In this document: one piece after another, positions 53,919 through 62,620 of the stretch | Position numbering within the stretch: position 1 is the stretch's first letter | Layout of the letters: every line of letters begins with the position of its first letter | Made by a program: the position numbers and the translations under genes | Source: an uncultured cyanobacterium | Lineage (GTDB): Bacteria; Cyanobacteriota; Cyanobacteriia; Cyanobacteriales; Nostocaceae | Direction of reading: 5' to 3' | Assembly: GCA_963706595.1 (NCBI GenBank) | Contig: OY970166.1 | Coordinates: 4,512,001-4,576,000 of the forward strand | DNA length: 64,000 bases | Notes under the pieces: model-generated | The model's input: the letters and a program-made list of their open reading frames with translations, nothing else | What the model was told of the DNA's origin: nothing | Databases searched by the model: none

Positions 53919-55934
53919 TCACCTCCTAGTCATCAATCCCCTAGATTGCTCAACCAAGCGAATAAACTCACCCCGATAGCCCTCTTTGTCTTCTCCCCTA
54001 GCTTGAGTTGCCAAATTCATCACCAAATCCAAATCCGCATTTCCCTTGTATTCAGAGTCACGCAGCACCATTCCAAAAGTCGCCACCGCAGCCGCAAATC
54101 TCAGATTAGCCGAAGGTATTCGGTCAGCTTTGAAGTCACTATCTGGGATAGTTTGGGTAATCAGTTGACTGGTGCTGTTCTGGGGTAATTTATAGCGGAG
54201 TTTAACCAACATCATCTCATTCTCGGCTGGAGTCGTTACACCAGAACGCTGATACCTCAATGGGTCTACATCCGATAGCTTGACATCACTCTTCGTACCA
54301 GTAGGAATCACCTCATACAGTGCTGTCACCGAATGACCAGCCCCAATTTCCCCTGCATCTTTTTGGTCATCATTGAAATCTTGGTTTTGCAGCAAGCGGT
54401 TTTCGTAGCCAATCAAGCGGTATGCTTGGACTTTAGCGGGATTAAACTCCACCTGAATTTTCACATCCTTGGCAATAGTAAACAGAGTTCCCCGAATGTC
54501 ATTAACTAGGACTTTTTTCGCTTCTAATAAGGTATCAATGTAGGCGTAGTTACCGTTACCCTTATTAGCTAGTTGCTCCATTTTGCCGTCTTTATAGTTA
54601 CCAGTCCCAAACCCCAGAACTGTCAGGAAAATTCCCTGATCTCGCTTCTGTTCAATTAATCGGGTCAATTCGCCATCACTAGAAACCCCGACGTTAAAAT
54701 CTCCATCGGTAGCTAAAATGACTCTATTATTACCAGACTTGAGGAAGCTTTGTTTGGCTATATTGTAAGCCAATTCAATCCCCTCACCACCAGCCGTAGA
54801 ACCTCCAGCCTGCAAGCGGTCAATGGCTGCCAGAATTTCTGCTTTCTCACTACCAGGTGTAGCAGGTAAAACTAATCCAGCATTCCCTGAATAAACTACC
54901 AAACTTACCCGATCTTGAGGACGCAGTTCATTCACCAGCAATTTTAGGGACTGTTGCACCAAAGGTAATTTGTCTGGTTGATCCATAGAACCAGAAACGT
55001 CAATCAGAAATACTAAATTGCTGGGTTGTAAGGTTTCACTTTCTAAGCGTTTACCTTGCAAACCCACCTGTACCAGCTTGTGTTCAGGATTCCAGGGAGC
55101 AGCAGTAACTTCAGTGCTGACAGAAAAAGGGCGATCGCCTGTTGGTTGAGGATAATTATAAGTAAAATAGTTAATCAGTTCCTCTATTCGCACAGCATCT
55201 TTGGGTGGTAATTGACCTTGAGTAATAAACCGGCGCATATTACTGTAGGATGCTGTATCTACATCTATAGAAAAAGTAGAAAGAGGGTCATTACTAACGC
55301 GATGAAAGGGATTATCGTCAATCCGGTTATAGTTCTCCGTGTTGAATCTACCACCTGTTTGAACTTCAGGGGCGACTATTCCCTGAATACTCCTACGAGC
55401 TGAGAGTGGAAGGCTACTCGGACTGACAAAGCCTTGATCTCGGACAGATGCCGAAGGCATACTAGGGGGTCGAGTCTTTGGAATAGACTGAGGTTGATTA
55501 GCTTCTCTGGTAGTTTGAGTGGGACTGACGTTACTACCAGCTTCTAATTCATTGAGCGAATTTTTTAAAGTTGCTAACTCTGGTGCAAATTCGCTCTGTA
55601 AGCGTTGCAAAGTTTTGAAGTCTGTTTGGGGAACTGTTGTCGAGTTAGTTGCTTCTAAACAACTATTCAAGACTGTAGCAAACTCTGTCCGGGTTACAGG
55701 AGAACTGCCAAAGTTCTGCACAGAGACAACACAACTATAATTTTTGACTAATGCCTGGAGTGCTTGGTAGTCAGGGTGATTGGGTAGAATGGAGTTTGCT
55801 GGAGTAGTTTGATTGGCTGGAATGGCAATTGTCCCAGACTGATGTAAAACGGCAATTCCTACTGTTGGTATTACCAAACATAGCGTTAAAATACTCACTC
55901 GCTGCCACATTTTGGACGGAATCGGGTAAGACAT
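53919..55934 (-). CDS. Secreted vWA (YfbK-like) protein with N-terminal SLH-like domain
   Basis: STFSIDVDTASY, VRIEELINYF, LIDVSGSM MIDAS, LATDGDFNVG, YRLIGYENR; N-terminal YQALQALVKNYSC..TRTEFA..LQRLQSEFAPELATL. Confidence 0.85.
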   Translation of the reverse strand: MSYPIPSKMWQRVSILTLCLVIPTVGIAVLHQSGTIAIPANQTTPANSILPNHPDYQALQALVKNYSCVVSVQNFGSSPVTRTEFATVLNSCLEATNSTTVPQTDFKTLQRLQSEFAPELATLKNSLNELEAGSNVSPTQTTREANQPQSIPKTRPPSMPSASVRDQGFVSPSSLPLSARRSIQGIVAPEVQTGGRFNTENYNRIDDNPFHRVSNDPLSTFSIDVDTASYSNMRRFITQGQLPPKDAVRIEELINYFTYNYPQPTGDRPFSVSTEVTAAPWNPEHKLVQVGLQGKRLESETLQPSNLVFLIDVSGSMDQPDKLPLVQQSLKLLVNELRPQDRVSLVVYSGNAGLVLPATPGSEKAEILAAIDRLQAGGSTAGGEGIELAYNIAKQSFLKSGNNRVILATDGDFNVGVSSDGELTRLIEQKRDQGIFLTVLGFGTGNYKDGKMEQLANKGNGNYAYIDTLLEAKKVLVNDIRGTLFTIAKDVKIQVEFNPAKVQAYRLIGYENRLLQNQDFNDDQKDAGEIGAGHSVTALYEVIPTGTKSDVKLSDVDPLRYQRSGVTTPAENEMMLVKLRYKLPQNSTSQLITQTIPDSDFKADRIPSANLRFAAAVATFGMVLRDSEYKGNADLDLVMNLATQARGEDKEGYRGEFIRLVEQSRGLMTRR

Positions 55935-56068
55935 TCCTAAATCCTCACATTCAAATAGTTTTGTGATATTGCCTTGTTGCACTGACCTAGAATAGTCCTG
56001 ACTAGCCTGATATTTCATCACTGTTACAGTTTTGGTAACTGTAGCGTTTTTAACTCGCGTCCAACTCC

Positions 56069-56112
56069 CCCCTCTCCTGATAAAGGAGAGGGGCTGGGGG
56101 TGAGGTTCTATA
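56069..56112 (+). repeat. REP-like hairpin repeat, left copy flanking the ubiquitin-like operon
   Basis: CCCCTCTCCTGATAAAGGAGAGGGGCTGGGGGTGAGGTTCTATA. Confidence 0.8.
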
Positions 56113-56253
56113 TTTCAACAAACCCCCAAGAAGAACAGACAAGAAAAAGCAGGTGTATTAGCACCATAAGAACACAAAATTTAGTTAAGCCACATTTTCC
56201 TCTGAAAAATACTCCAAATTGTGTAAAATCAAACTAATTCATAAAATGAACAG

Positions 56254-57411
56254 ATGGACTCTTTTGTGATCACAGACCATCAAGAGAGCCGTTATGGTCG
56301 GCATCATCTCATTGATTGGTGGAATCAGAATCGTCTCAAAACTGCCAGAGTCCTAGTTGCTGGAGCAGGTGCATTAGGTAACGAAGTACTCAAAAATCTA
56401 GCCTTGGTGGGTGTGGGTAAGATCACAGTCATTGACTTTGATACAGTTTCCATTACTAACCTGACTCGTTCGGTTTTGTTTCGAGAGTCTGATGTGGGCT
56501 TACCAAAAGTAGAAGTTGCTCGTCAAAAGGCGTTAGAAATTAATCCAGAAATCACCATACAGGCAATTCATGGAGATTTAGAATTCGACTTGGGTATTGG
56601 TGATGTCCGAGAGCATGATTTAATTATTGGTTGTCTGGATAGCATCAATGCACGTTGGGCAATTAATCAACTTGCCTATCGTGCGGGAATACCCTGGATA
56701 AATGGGGGAATTGGTGTATCGGAGGGAGAAGTCAGTTTTTTTGACCCCAAAACAGCAGCAGCTTGTTATGAGTGCAGCATTTCTAATCAAATGTGGGAAC
56801 GTCGTAACCAACGCTACTCTTGTCAAGGGATGAAACGCCATATCCCCGAAGCCGCAATGCCCACAACAGCTACAATTGCCTCCATAGTCGGAGCAATGCA
56901 AGTACAACAAGCTCTGCTTTATTTACATAGCAAAACAGGGTTATTAAATGCAGGTGAAAAAGTCTTTTTGGGTTTAAATCCTTGGATGGCTTTTAAAGTG
57001 CAAATCCAACGGCAAGAGGCTTGTATTGCCCATGATTTAACCATTATTCCCACAGAAAATATTAACTATGAGCCAAAGCTGACAGTGAAATCAGTTCTGC
57101 AAAGATTAGAACAGTCTGGATTTACAGAACCTATTCTCTGGTTAAGAAATGAAGTAATTGGGATGATGAGATGCCTCAATCTAGATTGTGGTTATCAAGA
57201 GCAAATTAATATTCCTCTGCGTCAATACCCTGAATCAAAACTAGCTTGTCCTAAATGTAATCATGAACGTGATTTTGAGGTAATTAGGAATATTTCACTA
57301 GCCTCACCTGGGGCAAATATTACCTTGGGAGAATTATGTCTACCGAACAACGAAATTTTACACTGCGCCACCAACAAAGGTGCAATAGCAATTCAACTTT
57401 GCCAAATATAG
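56254..57411 (+). CDS. E1-like ThiF-family ubiquitin-activating enzyme
   Basis: RYGRH, VAGAGALGNEVLKNLALVGVG, DFDTVSITNLTRSVLF, CYEC, candidate catalytic RYSCQ, PTTATIASIVG, C-terminal CxxxxC/CxxC. Confidence 0.9.
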   Translation: MDSFVITDHQESRYGRHHLIDWWNQNRLKTARVLVAGAGALGNEVLKNLALVGVGKITVIDFDTVSITNLTRSVLFRESDVGLPKVEVARQKALEINPEITIQAIHGDLEFDLGIGDVREHDLIIGCLDSINARWAINQLAYRAGIPWINGGIGVSEGEVSFFDPKTAAACYECSISNQMWERRNQRYSCQGMKRHIPEAAMPTTATIASIVGAMQVQQALLYLHSKTGLLNAGEKVFLGLNPWMAFKVQIQRQEACIAHDLTIIPTENINYEPKLTVKSVLQRLEQSGFTEPILWLRNEVIGMMRCLNLDCGYQEQINIPLRQYPESKLACPKCNHERDFEVIRNISLASPGANITLGELCLPNNEILHCATNKGAIAIQLCQI

Positions 57412-57427
57412 GAATATAAGAGCAACA

Positions 57428-57682
57428 ATGTCTGATTCAATTTCCCTTGTGATTCGTTCAGCAGATCAAACTCGTAAAGCTGCTGTTTCATTACCTCCAG
57501 CGCTAACTATAGAACAGTTACTACAAACTACCCAGGAAAAATGGAATCTCCCATCAAATACTAACTATGCCATGCGTTTAGAACGAACAGGACAACAATT
57601 AGATCCTGCAACAACTCTCGAAAGTCTGGGAGTTGAGGAAAATGATGTCCTGGAACTTTATCCAATTTTAGAGGCTGGTTAA
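57428..57682 (+). CDS. Ubiquitin-like beta-grasp protein (YukD/EsaB-like) ending in Gly
   Basis: 84 aa; LTIEQLL, GQQLDPATTLESLGVEENDVLEL, C-terminal LEAG. Confidence 0.85.
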   Translation: MSDSISLVIRSADQTRKAAVSLPPALTIEQLLQTTQEKWNLPSNTNYAMRLERTGQQLDPATTLESLGVEENDVLELYPILEAG

Positions 57683-57684
57683 TT

Positions 57685-58194
57685 ATGGGTATCAGAGAAA
57701 GACGATTAGAAAATGACTTTAAAGAATTAACCACATTAGTTAATACTTCCGGTGCAAAACTGGCGCTTATTTCCAAACAAGGACAACCACCATATCACTA
57801 TATAATTGAATATCGCTGTCGAGGCATAGCAAGAGTACAAGGAATAGAGCCTACTTTTCGCACTACTCACCGTGTAGAGATTAATATAGGTAGTAATTAT
57901 CCTAAAGAAAAACCTGACGCTAAGTTTCTCACAGCCATATTTCATCCTAATGTCTATACTAACCAAAGAGTGTGTCTCGGTAATTATTGGACAATGGCTG
58001 AAACCCTTTCGGAATTAGTGCTTCGCATTGGCAAAATCATCCAATACTCAGATGATGTCCTAAATTTAGAAAGTCCAGCTAATCCTGACGCTAAAAATTG
58101 GGCTAAAAATAATCTGCGGCGGTTTCCTGTGGATACACAAACTTTCAAAGTTAATCAAAAATTATTGACAACAATAGTTTGGAATGATTTATAA
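57685..58194 (+). CDS. E2/UBC-like ubiquitin-conjugating enzyme
   Basis: RRLENDF, YPKEKP..KFLTAIFHPNV...VCL...W (HPN motif plus Cys), NLESPANPDA. Confidence 0.9.
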   Translation: MGIRERRLENDFKELTTLVNTSGAKLALISKQGQPPYHYIIEYRCRGIARVQGIEPTFRTTHRVEINIGSNYPKEKPDAKFLTAIFHPNVYTNQRVCLGNYWTMAETLSELVLRIGKIIQYSDDVLNLESPANPDAKNWAKNNLRRFPVDTQTFKVNQKLLTTIVWNDL

Positions 58195-58861
58195 AATCAT
58201 TAAAAAACTTTTGCAAATATTTAGTTCATATAATTTATGGCAAGAATTTTATCACTCAAAATCTGTAACCATGAGCAACTTGAATCAAACTATGGATGAT
58301 GAAAATCAAATCATCTCACCTCAAAATGCACAAATTGAATGGGTAGAATGTGATGATGTTTATAAACCAATAGAAAAACCTATCGAGGAATTTTTAGCAG
58401 AACGAGGAATTGATATTAATTTCTTCTACCAAGTTTATATTTTAGAAACAGCACATACAACCCTATTAGAACATTTAAGAGAAGATACAAAGGTAGAACA
58501 TGGGGGTATTCTCTTTGGTAATGCTTACAGAGATTATGAATATGGAATTTATGTAGAAATTACAGCCGCAGTTCCAGCACCAGCCACAATGGGTACAGGT
58601 GTATATTTAGAATTTACAGCAGAATCATGGCTGAAAATTATGGATTATGCTAAAGCTGCTCATCCAGATGCAAATATTGTGGGATGGTATCATTCACATC
58701 CCAACCTTGGTGTATTTATGTCCGGAACAGATATGAGAACACAGCGAGCTTTTTTCTATCATCCTTGGTGTTCATCAATTGTTTTTGATCCTGTGAGAAA
58801 CCAAATTGCTTACTTTTTGGGTGAGGATGCAAATATGGTAAATATCATAAAATTTAGTTGA
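58184..58861 (+). CDS. JAB/MPN+ metalloprotease (deubiquitinase-like); start may be 58271
   Basis: EHGGILFG and GWYHSHPNLGVFMSGTD JAMM motif, VFDP. Confidence 0.9.
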   Translation: MIYKIIKKLLQIFSSYNLWQEFYHSKSVTMSNLNQTMDDENQIISPQNAQIEWVECDDVYKPIEKPIEEFLAERGIDINFFYQVYILETAHTTLLEHLREDTKVEHGGILFGNAYRDYEYGIYVEITAAVPAPATMGTGVYLEFTAESWLKIMDYAKAAHPDANIVGWYHSHPNLGVFMSGTDMRTQRAFFYHPWCSSIVFDPVRNQIAYFLGEDANMVNIIKFS

Positions 58862-58938
58862 TTTCGAGAAAATGAATAAACTTGCAACATCAGCTATAGC
58901 TGTAAATATTGATTATTTTTATCCAAAAAGCTGAAGAT

Positions 58939-59565
58939 ATGACCAATAATATCAGATATGTAAATTTGATTTGGCTAGGATTTGTTGGTGCATTTATTGG
59001 TGTGTTTATTGGTGTCTTGAAGGTGTTTAATTGGGATTTTATTTTTTTAGTGATATTTATAGTCGTAATTATTTGCTTAATCGCATTTTTGCATAAAAAG
59101 CTAACAGCTAATAATTCCGCACAAAACTCACAAAGACAGTCAACACCACAACGATTTTTATCTCCTAGTAATCAGACTAGAAATAACTTTTCATTAACTC
59201 AGAGGAGTTTACAAAATATTCAATGGACTGAAATAGGTACATATTCATCAAATAATTCTCAAACAACTGAAGAAAATAATATTACATTTGATGATTTTAT
59301 AGACTTGCATGATGCTACAGCCAATACAAAAGAACTGATAAATAATTTAATAGGACAAAAAGATCGTGTAACTGGTGATATATTTAATCCAGGTGAAAAA
59401 GTATATTTCTGTGTTCCCTGTCAACTAGGATATCACCAAGATAGTTGGCGATTTTTAGATAGAAAGTGTGAACAATGCAAATCTCCTCACGCGAGTAAGT
59501 ATACTCTTACCGTTTCGAGAGTGAGTGAACAGCCATTGGATACCTCTAACCCTTCTTTAACATAA
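58939..59565 (+). CDS. Two-TM membrane protein with C-terminal degenerate RING-like Zn finger (candidate E3)
   Basis: Two hydrophobic helices, polar linker, DRVTGDIF...YFCVPCQLGYHQDSW...KCEQC. Confidence 0.65.
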   Translation: MTNNIRYVNLIWLGFVGAFIGVFIGVLKVFNWDFIFLVIFIVVIICLIAFLHKKLTANNSAQNSQRQSTPQRFLSPSNQTRNNFSLTQRSLQNIQWTEIGTYSSNNSQTTEENNITFDDFIDLHDATANTKELINNLIGQKDRVTGDIFNPGEKVYFCVPCQLGYHQDSWRFLDRKCEQCKSPHASKYTLTVSRVSEQPLDTSNPSLT

Positions 59566-59648
59566 TTAGAATTAGAAAATTCAATATTTTAACAACATCT
59601 TCTAGAAATTAATTTAAATAAATGTTTCCAGTTGCGGGAAGTACAAAC

Positions 59649-60269
59649 ATGAAAATTTTATATGGAATTGAACCATATATATGTATTAACAATCCTGATA
59701 TCTTAATGAATTTTTCTTTAGATATTGTATTACCTCAATATTTCCTCACCCAAATTACCCATTTGAGTAATAGTAATTTTGGTAATGCGACTGTATCAGC
59801 AAATAAAATTATCAACTCATTACATCGATGGGAAAATTCAAATTTATTATTTAAAACCAACGCAAAAGGAACCGTTTATTTTATAGCTGAAGCAATCAAC
59901 TATCTTAAAGTTGACAGCCAATATCAGAACATAGATAATACGAATCTACTAGACAGATATTTATTAAGTCTTTTATATTTATCCAATATTCTAGAAGCAA
60001 AAATAGTCTTTTTAGCGTCATCGCCTGAAATGATTGGCAAATGTCGCATTTTAAATTTAGACCCTGTTACTTTAGCCGAATTTACGCTGAATGGTGAGTC
60101 TTGGTTACAACCAGAAATGTTAATTAATATGGAAACAAGTCACCCAGATATAGTTAGTGAACCCGATATTTTAGATGCTTCAGAAAGAGAGACAACTGTA
60201 CAAATTCAATGGTTAGATATTAGAGTTTCACAAGAGACAAGTAATATTCAATGGCTAGATATGAGATAG
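59649..60269 (+). CDS. Hypothetical protein, probable degenerate PIN-like fold with duplicated IQWLD tail
   Basis: YGIEPYICINNPDIL..F..IVLPQYFLTQI, DRYLL, IVFLASS.EM..KCRIL spacing parallels PIN domains; alternative start at 59622. Confidence 0.55.
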   Translation: MKILYGIEPYICINNPDILMNFSLDIVLPQYFLTQITHLSNSNFGNATVSANKIINSLHRWENSNLLFKTNAKGTVYFIAEAINYLKVDSQYQNIDNTNLLDRYLLSLLYLSNILEAKIVFLASSPEMIGKCRILNLDPVTLAEFTLNGESWLQPEMLINMETSHPDIVSEPDILDASERETTVQIQWLDIRVSQETSNIQWLDMR

Positions 60270-60283
60270 AATTAACTCTTTCT

Positions 60284-60327
60284 CCCCTCTCCTTATTAAG
60301 GAGAGGGGCTGGGGGTGAGGTTCTATA
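60284..60327 (+). repeat. REP-like hairpin repeat, right copy flanking the ubiquitin-like operon
   Basis: CCCCTCTCCTTATTAAGGAGAGGGGCTGGGGGTGAGGTTCTATA, a direct repeat of 56069-56112. Confidence 0.8.
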
Positions 60328-61225
60328 CCACAGCAACATTCTGCAAAATAGTCATTGGTCCTTTATTTTTGATTACCTGCATTTGTTCCTCATTCCGCAC
60401 TAGCAAAGCACCAGCAAATCCCAATGAGTTGACAGATATAGAATCAAAATCCTCGTGCGATCGCGGTACAATTAACATCCATTCTCGTGTAGCTAAAAGA
60501 TTGTAAGCCCCAGATTGTCTATTGTCCTCCAAAGCCTCTAAACCTACAGCACTCAATAAGCTCTGATATAGCTCCAGCGTGGCTACTGCGGTGGCAAACG
60601 GGGAATTACTCCAACTGGAGTCTAATTTCGCTAAAGCATGAATAAAGGGCAATTCCGGCACAGTAGTTATAGAATCTGTAAATTGTGCTGATTTCAGTAG
60701 CGGTTCTATCGGTATTTGCACCCCTGAAGGTGTTAGTGGTAAAGGGACTATTTGCAGATGTTTATGCGGCTGACTTGCTCCAGCAAGTTTACCACCGTTG
60801 TAGAACACCAAACCCTCAAACTCAGCCAAACAAGCCCACATAGCAGCAAAATCTTCCAGGGTGAGTAATTTTTCCTGTTCCTCAAAGGCGCGGGTAATAA
60901 TCAGCAGATGATAGTCAACAACGTTGAATTTGTTTAATATGCAAACATGAGTCGGGGAAATATCCGCGACGAATAAATCTTTCTCATAGGGAAGAAAGGG
61001 ATTAGTTTTTTTTTCTTGCTGCTTGGCTGTGTTTTTGCGGGTAAGATTAGATAAAATTCTGACTACAAATTTGATCCCATTCTGCTCGACAAATTCAAAA
61101 TCTGTTGGTATTGATAACAGCGCGCCACATTGCAAAGCATTTTCAGTTTGTTTTTTGATACTGTTCCACAAAGTGCCAGGTTTCAGCAATATTTCTCTCT
61201 GTGCCATTTCTTGTTCTTGGGGCAT
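60323..61225 (-). CDS. ATP adenylyltransferase / Ap4A phosphorylase II family
   Basis: NPFLPYE.DLFV, LNKFNVV, FYNGG..AGASQPHKHLQ, VNSLGFAGALLV. Confidence 0.88.
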   Translation of the reverse strand: MPQEQEMAQREILLKPGTLWNSIKKQTENALQCGALLSIPTDFEFVEQNGIKFVVRILSNLTRKNTAKQQEKKTNPFLPYEKDLFVADISPTHVCILNKFNVVDYHLLIITRAFEEQEKLLTLEDFAAMWACLAEFEGLVFYNGGKLAGASQPHKHLQIVPLPLTPSGVQIPIEPLLKSAQFTDSITTVPELPFIHALAKLDSSWSNSPFATAVATLELYQSLLSAVGLEALEDNRQSGAYNLLATREWMLIVPRSHEDFDSISVNSLGFAGALLVRNEEQMQVIKNKGPMTILQNVAVV

Positions 61226-61416
61226 AGTGAAATATTATATCAGTTATGATCAATTATTTATCCGGCAATTTGCAAGTAAATGAAGTAGATATTTTAGGGA
61301 ACACCAGAAAATAAATTATCCCATCTTGTAGGATTAGCGGGCATCTTTGCCCGCTCCACAATATTTTTTTTGAAATTATATGATTCTATTTTTTCAAAAT
61401 CAATTTAGTTAAGATT

Positions 61417-62481
61417 TTAGAAAAACATAACTTCACCCAATTCAACAAACATTTGTTCAAACATATCATCAGGATCTTGGTGCATCTGGCGCAGATTTAC
61501 CGGACCACAGACGAATTCTTTAATGGTGATTTTCTGCTCTCGAAAATCTTTGACAAAATCGCGGATAGCGGCGATAGTCTTAATTTCAGCTTCCACTTGT
61601 TCCGCCATGCTGCCAATCGGATCTATTCCTTCTTTCGCCGCTTTTCGACAATCAGAAACTATCGCGCCTTCTGGTGTATTTTTAACTGAGCGAAGTTCCT
61701 GCTTTAATGTCTCATATTGAGTTGTGAGAATTTCATTTTGCTGTTCTATTCTAGTGCATTGGCGAGTTAAATCGTCTTCACTGTTACTATCAATAGACTT
61801 GCCTACTTGATGTTGCTGTTCAATTTCCAACAGTCGCGCCAAATCACCTTCTTGGTAGGCTTTGTTAATTTCCTTCATGATTTCGGTATGACGCATTTGA
61901 GTTTCGCCATCTTTTACTTTGTCTGGGTGAAATATTTCGGCTAAACTTAAAAATGTTTGCCGAATTTTTCTGGCGGTATCAGATTTGTTTCCCGAAGAAA
62001 AGTCTAGATCCTGTGACGCTTCTTGATATTGACTGTGTTCTTCTCTATGTTTACCTGAAAAATCATCTTCTGGCTGATTATCTTCAAATAAGTCGTCTAA
62101 TTCTGTGTCCTCATCTTCTGAATGTTTTTTGGGTTTGGGACTGATAATTCTGGCTATTTGGAGTTGATAGTAAATTCCTTCAATATCTTTTCTGCTCTGC
62201 TTACCCAATTTTCTTAAAGTCAAGATTTCATCAAACAGAGTATGAATTTCTCGGTCGATATCTACCAATTTTCGGAACTTGGGATTACATCGATTAAATA
62301 TATCTGCGGCTAAGGAACGCATCTGTTCGACAAAATTGTTCAGTTCAGTCCGTTTCCTCTTAATTTGTTTCAATAGCCACTGGTGTTCTTTATCTAAAGT
62401 CTCTAGCCGGATATGGAGAGACGAAAGCGCCAGTGTGGTTGTATTTGGGGACTGGGATGAAGATGTTGATTTTCGCGGCAT
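61417..62481 (-). CDS. Coiled-coil protein with central J domain
   Basis: IRQTFLSLAEIFHPDK...MKEINKAY. Confidence 0.85.
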   Translation of the reverse strand: MPRKSTSSSQSPNTTTLALSSLHIRLETLDKEHQWLLKQIKRKRTELNNFVEQMRSLAADIFNRCNPKFRKLVDIDREIHTLFDEILTLRKLGKQSRKDIEGIYYQLQIARIISPKPKKHSEDEDTELDDLFEDNQPEDDFSGKHREEHSQYQEASQDLDFSSGNKSDTARKIRQTFLSLAEIFHPDKVKDGETQMRHTEIMKEINKAYQEGDLARLLEIEQQHQVGKSIDSNSEDDLTRQCTRIEQQNEILTTQYETLKQELRSVKNTPEGAIVSDCRKAAKEGIDPIGSMAEQVEAEIKTIAAIRDFVKDFREQKITIKEFVCGPVNLRQMHQDPDDMFEQMFVELGEVMFF

Positions 62482-62620
62482 AAAACAGGCCAGTCTGAAT
62501 AAGTTGACATCTTATACAGATCCTACCGCCAAAAGATTAAGTTTAATCAGTTAATCCAGGCGATCGCATGGGTCAAAATTGCGGGAAACTAAAAGCAGAT
62601 CATGAAGAGAGGAGAACCTA

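Noticed and set aside
53649..54188. 179-aa plus-strand ORF and the 53639-53881 ORF
   Set aside because: Made of intergenic repeats and antisense overlap with the vWA gene; spurious
53919..55934. vWA gene as a member of the ubiquitin-like system
   Set aside because: Divergent, secreted YfbK-type protein lying outside the flanking direct repeats; no evidence of linkage beyond adjacency
56254..57682. MoeB/ThiF plus MoaD/ThiS sulfur-carrier pair
   Set aside because: The adjacent UBC-type E2, JAB and RING-like genes and the lack of cofactor-synthesis genes point to protein conjugation
60323..62481. Ap4A phosphorylase and J-domain genes as part of the Ubl island
   Set aside because: Opposite strand, outside the right repeat, and ordinary cyanobacterial gene types
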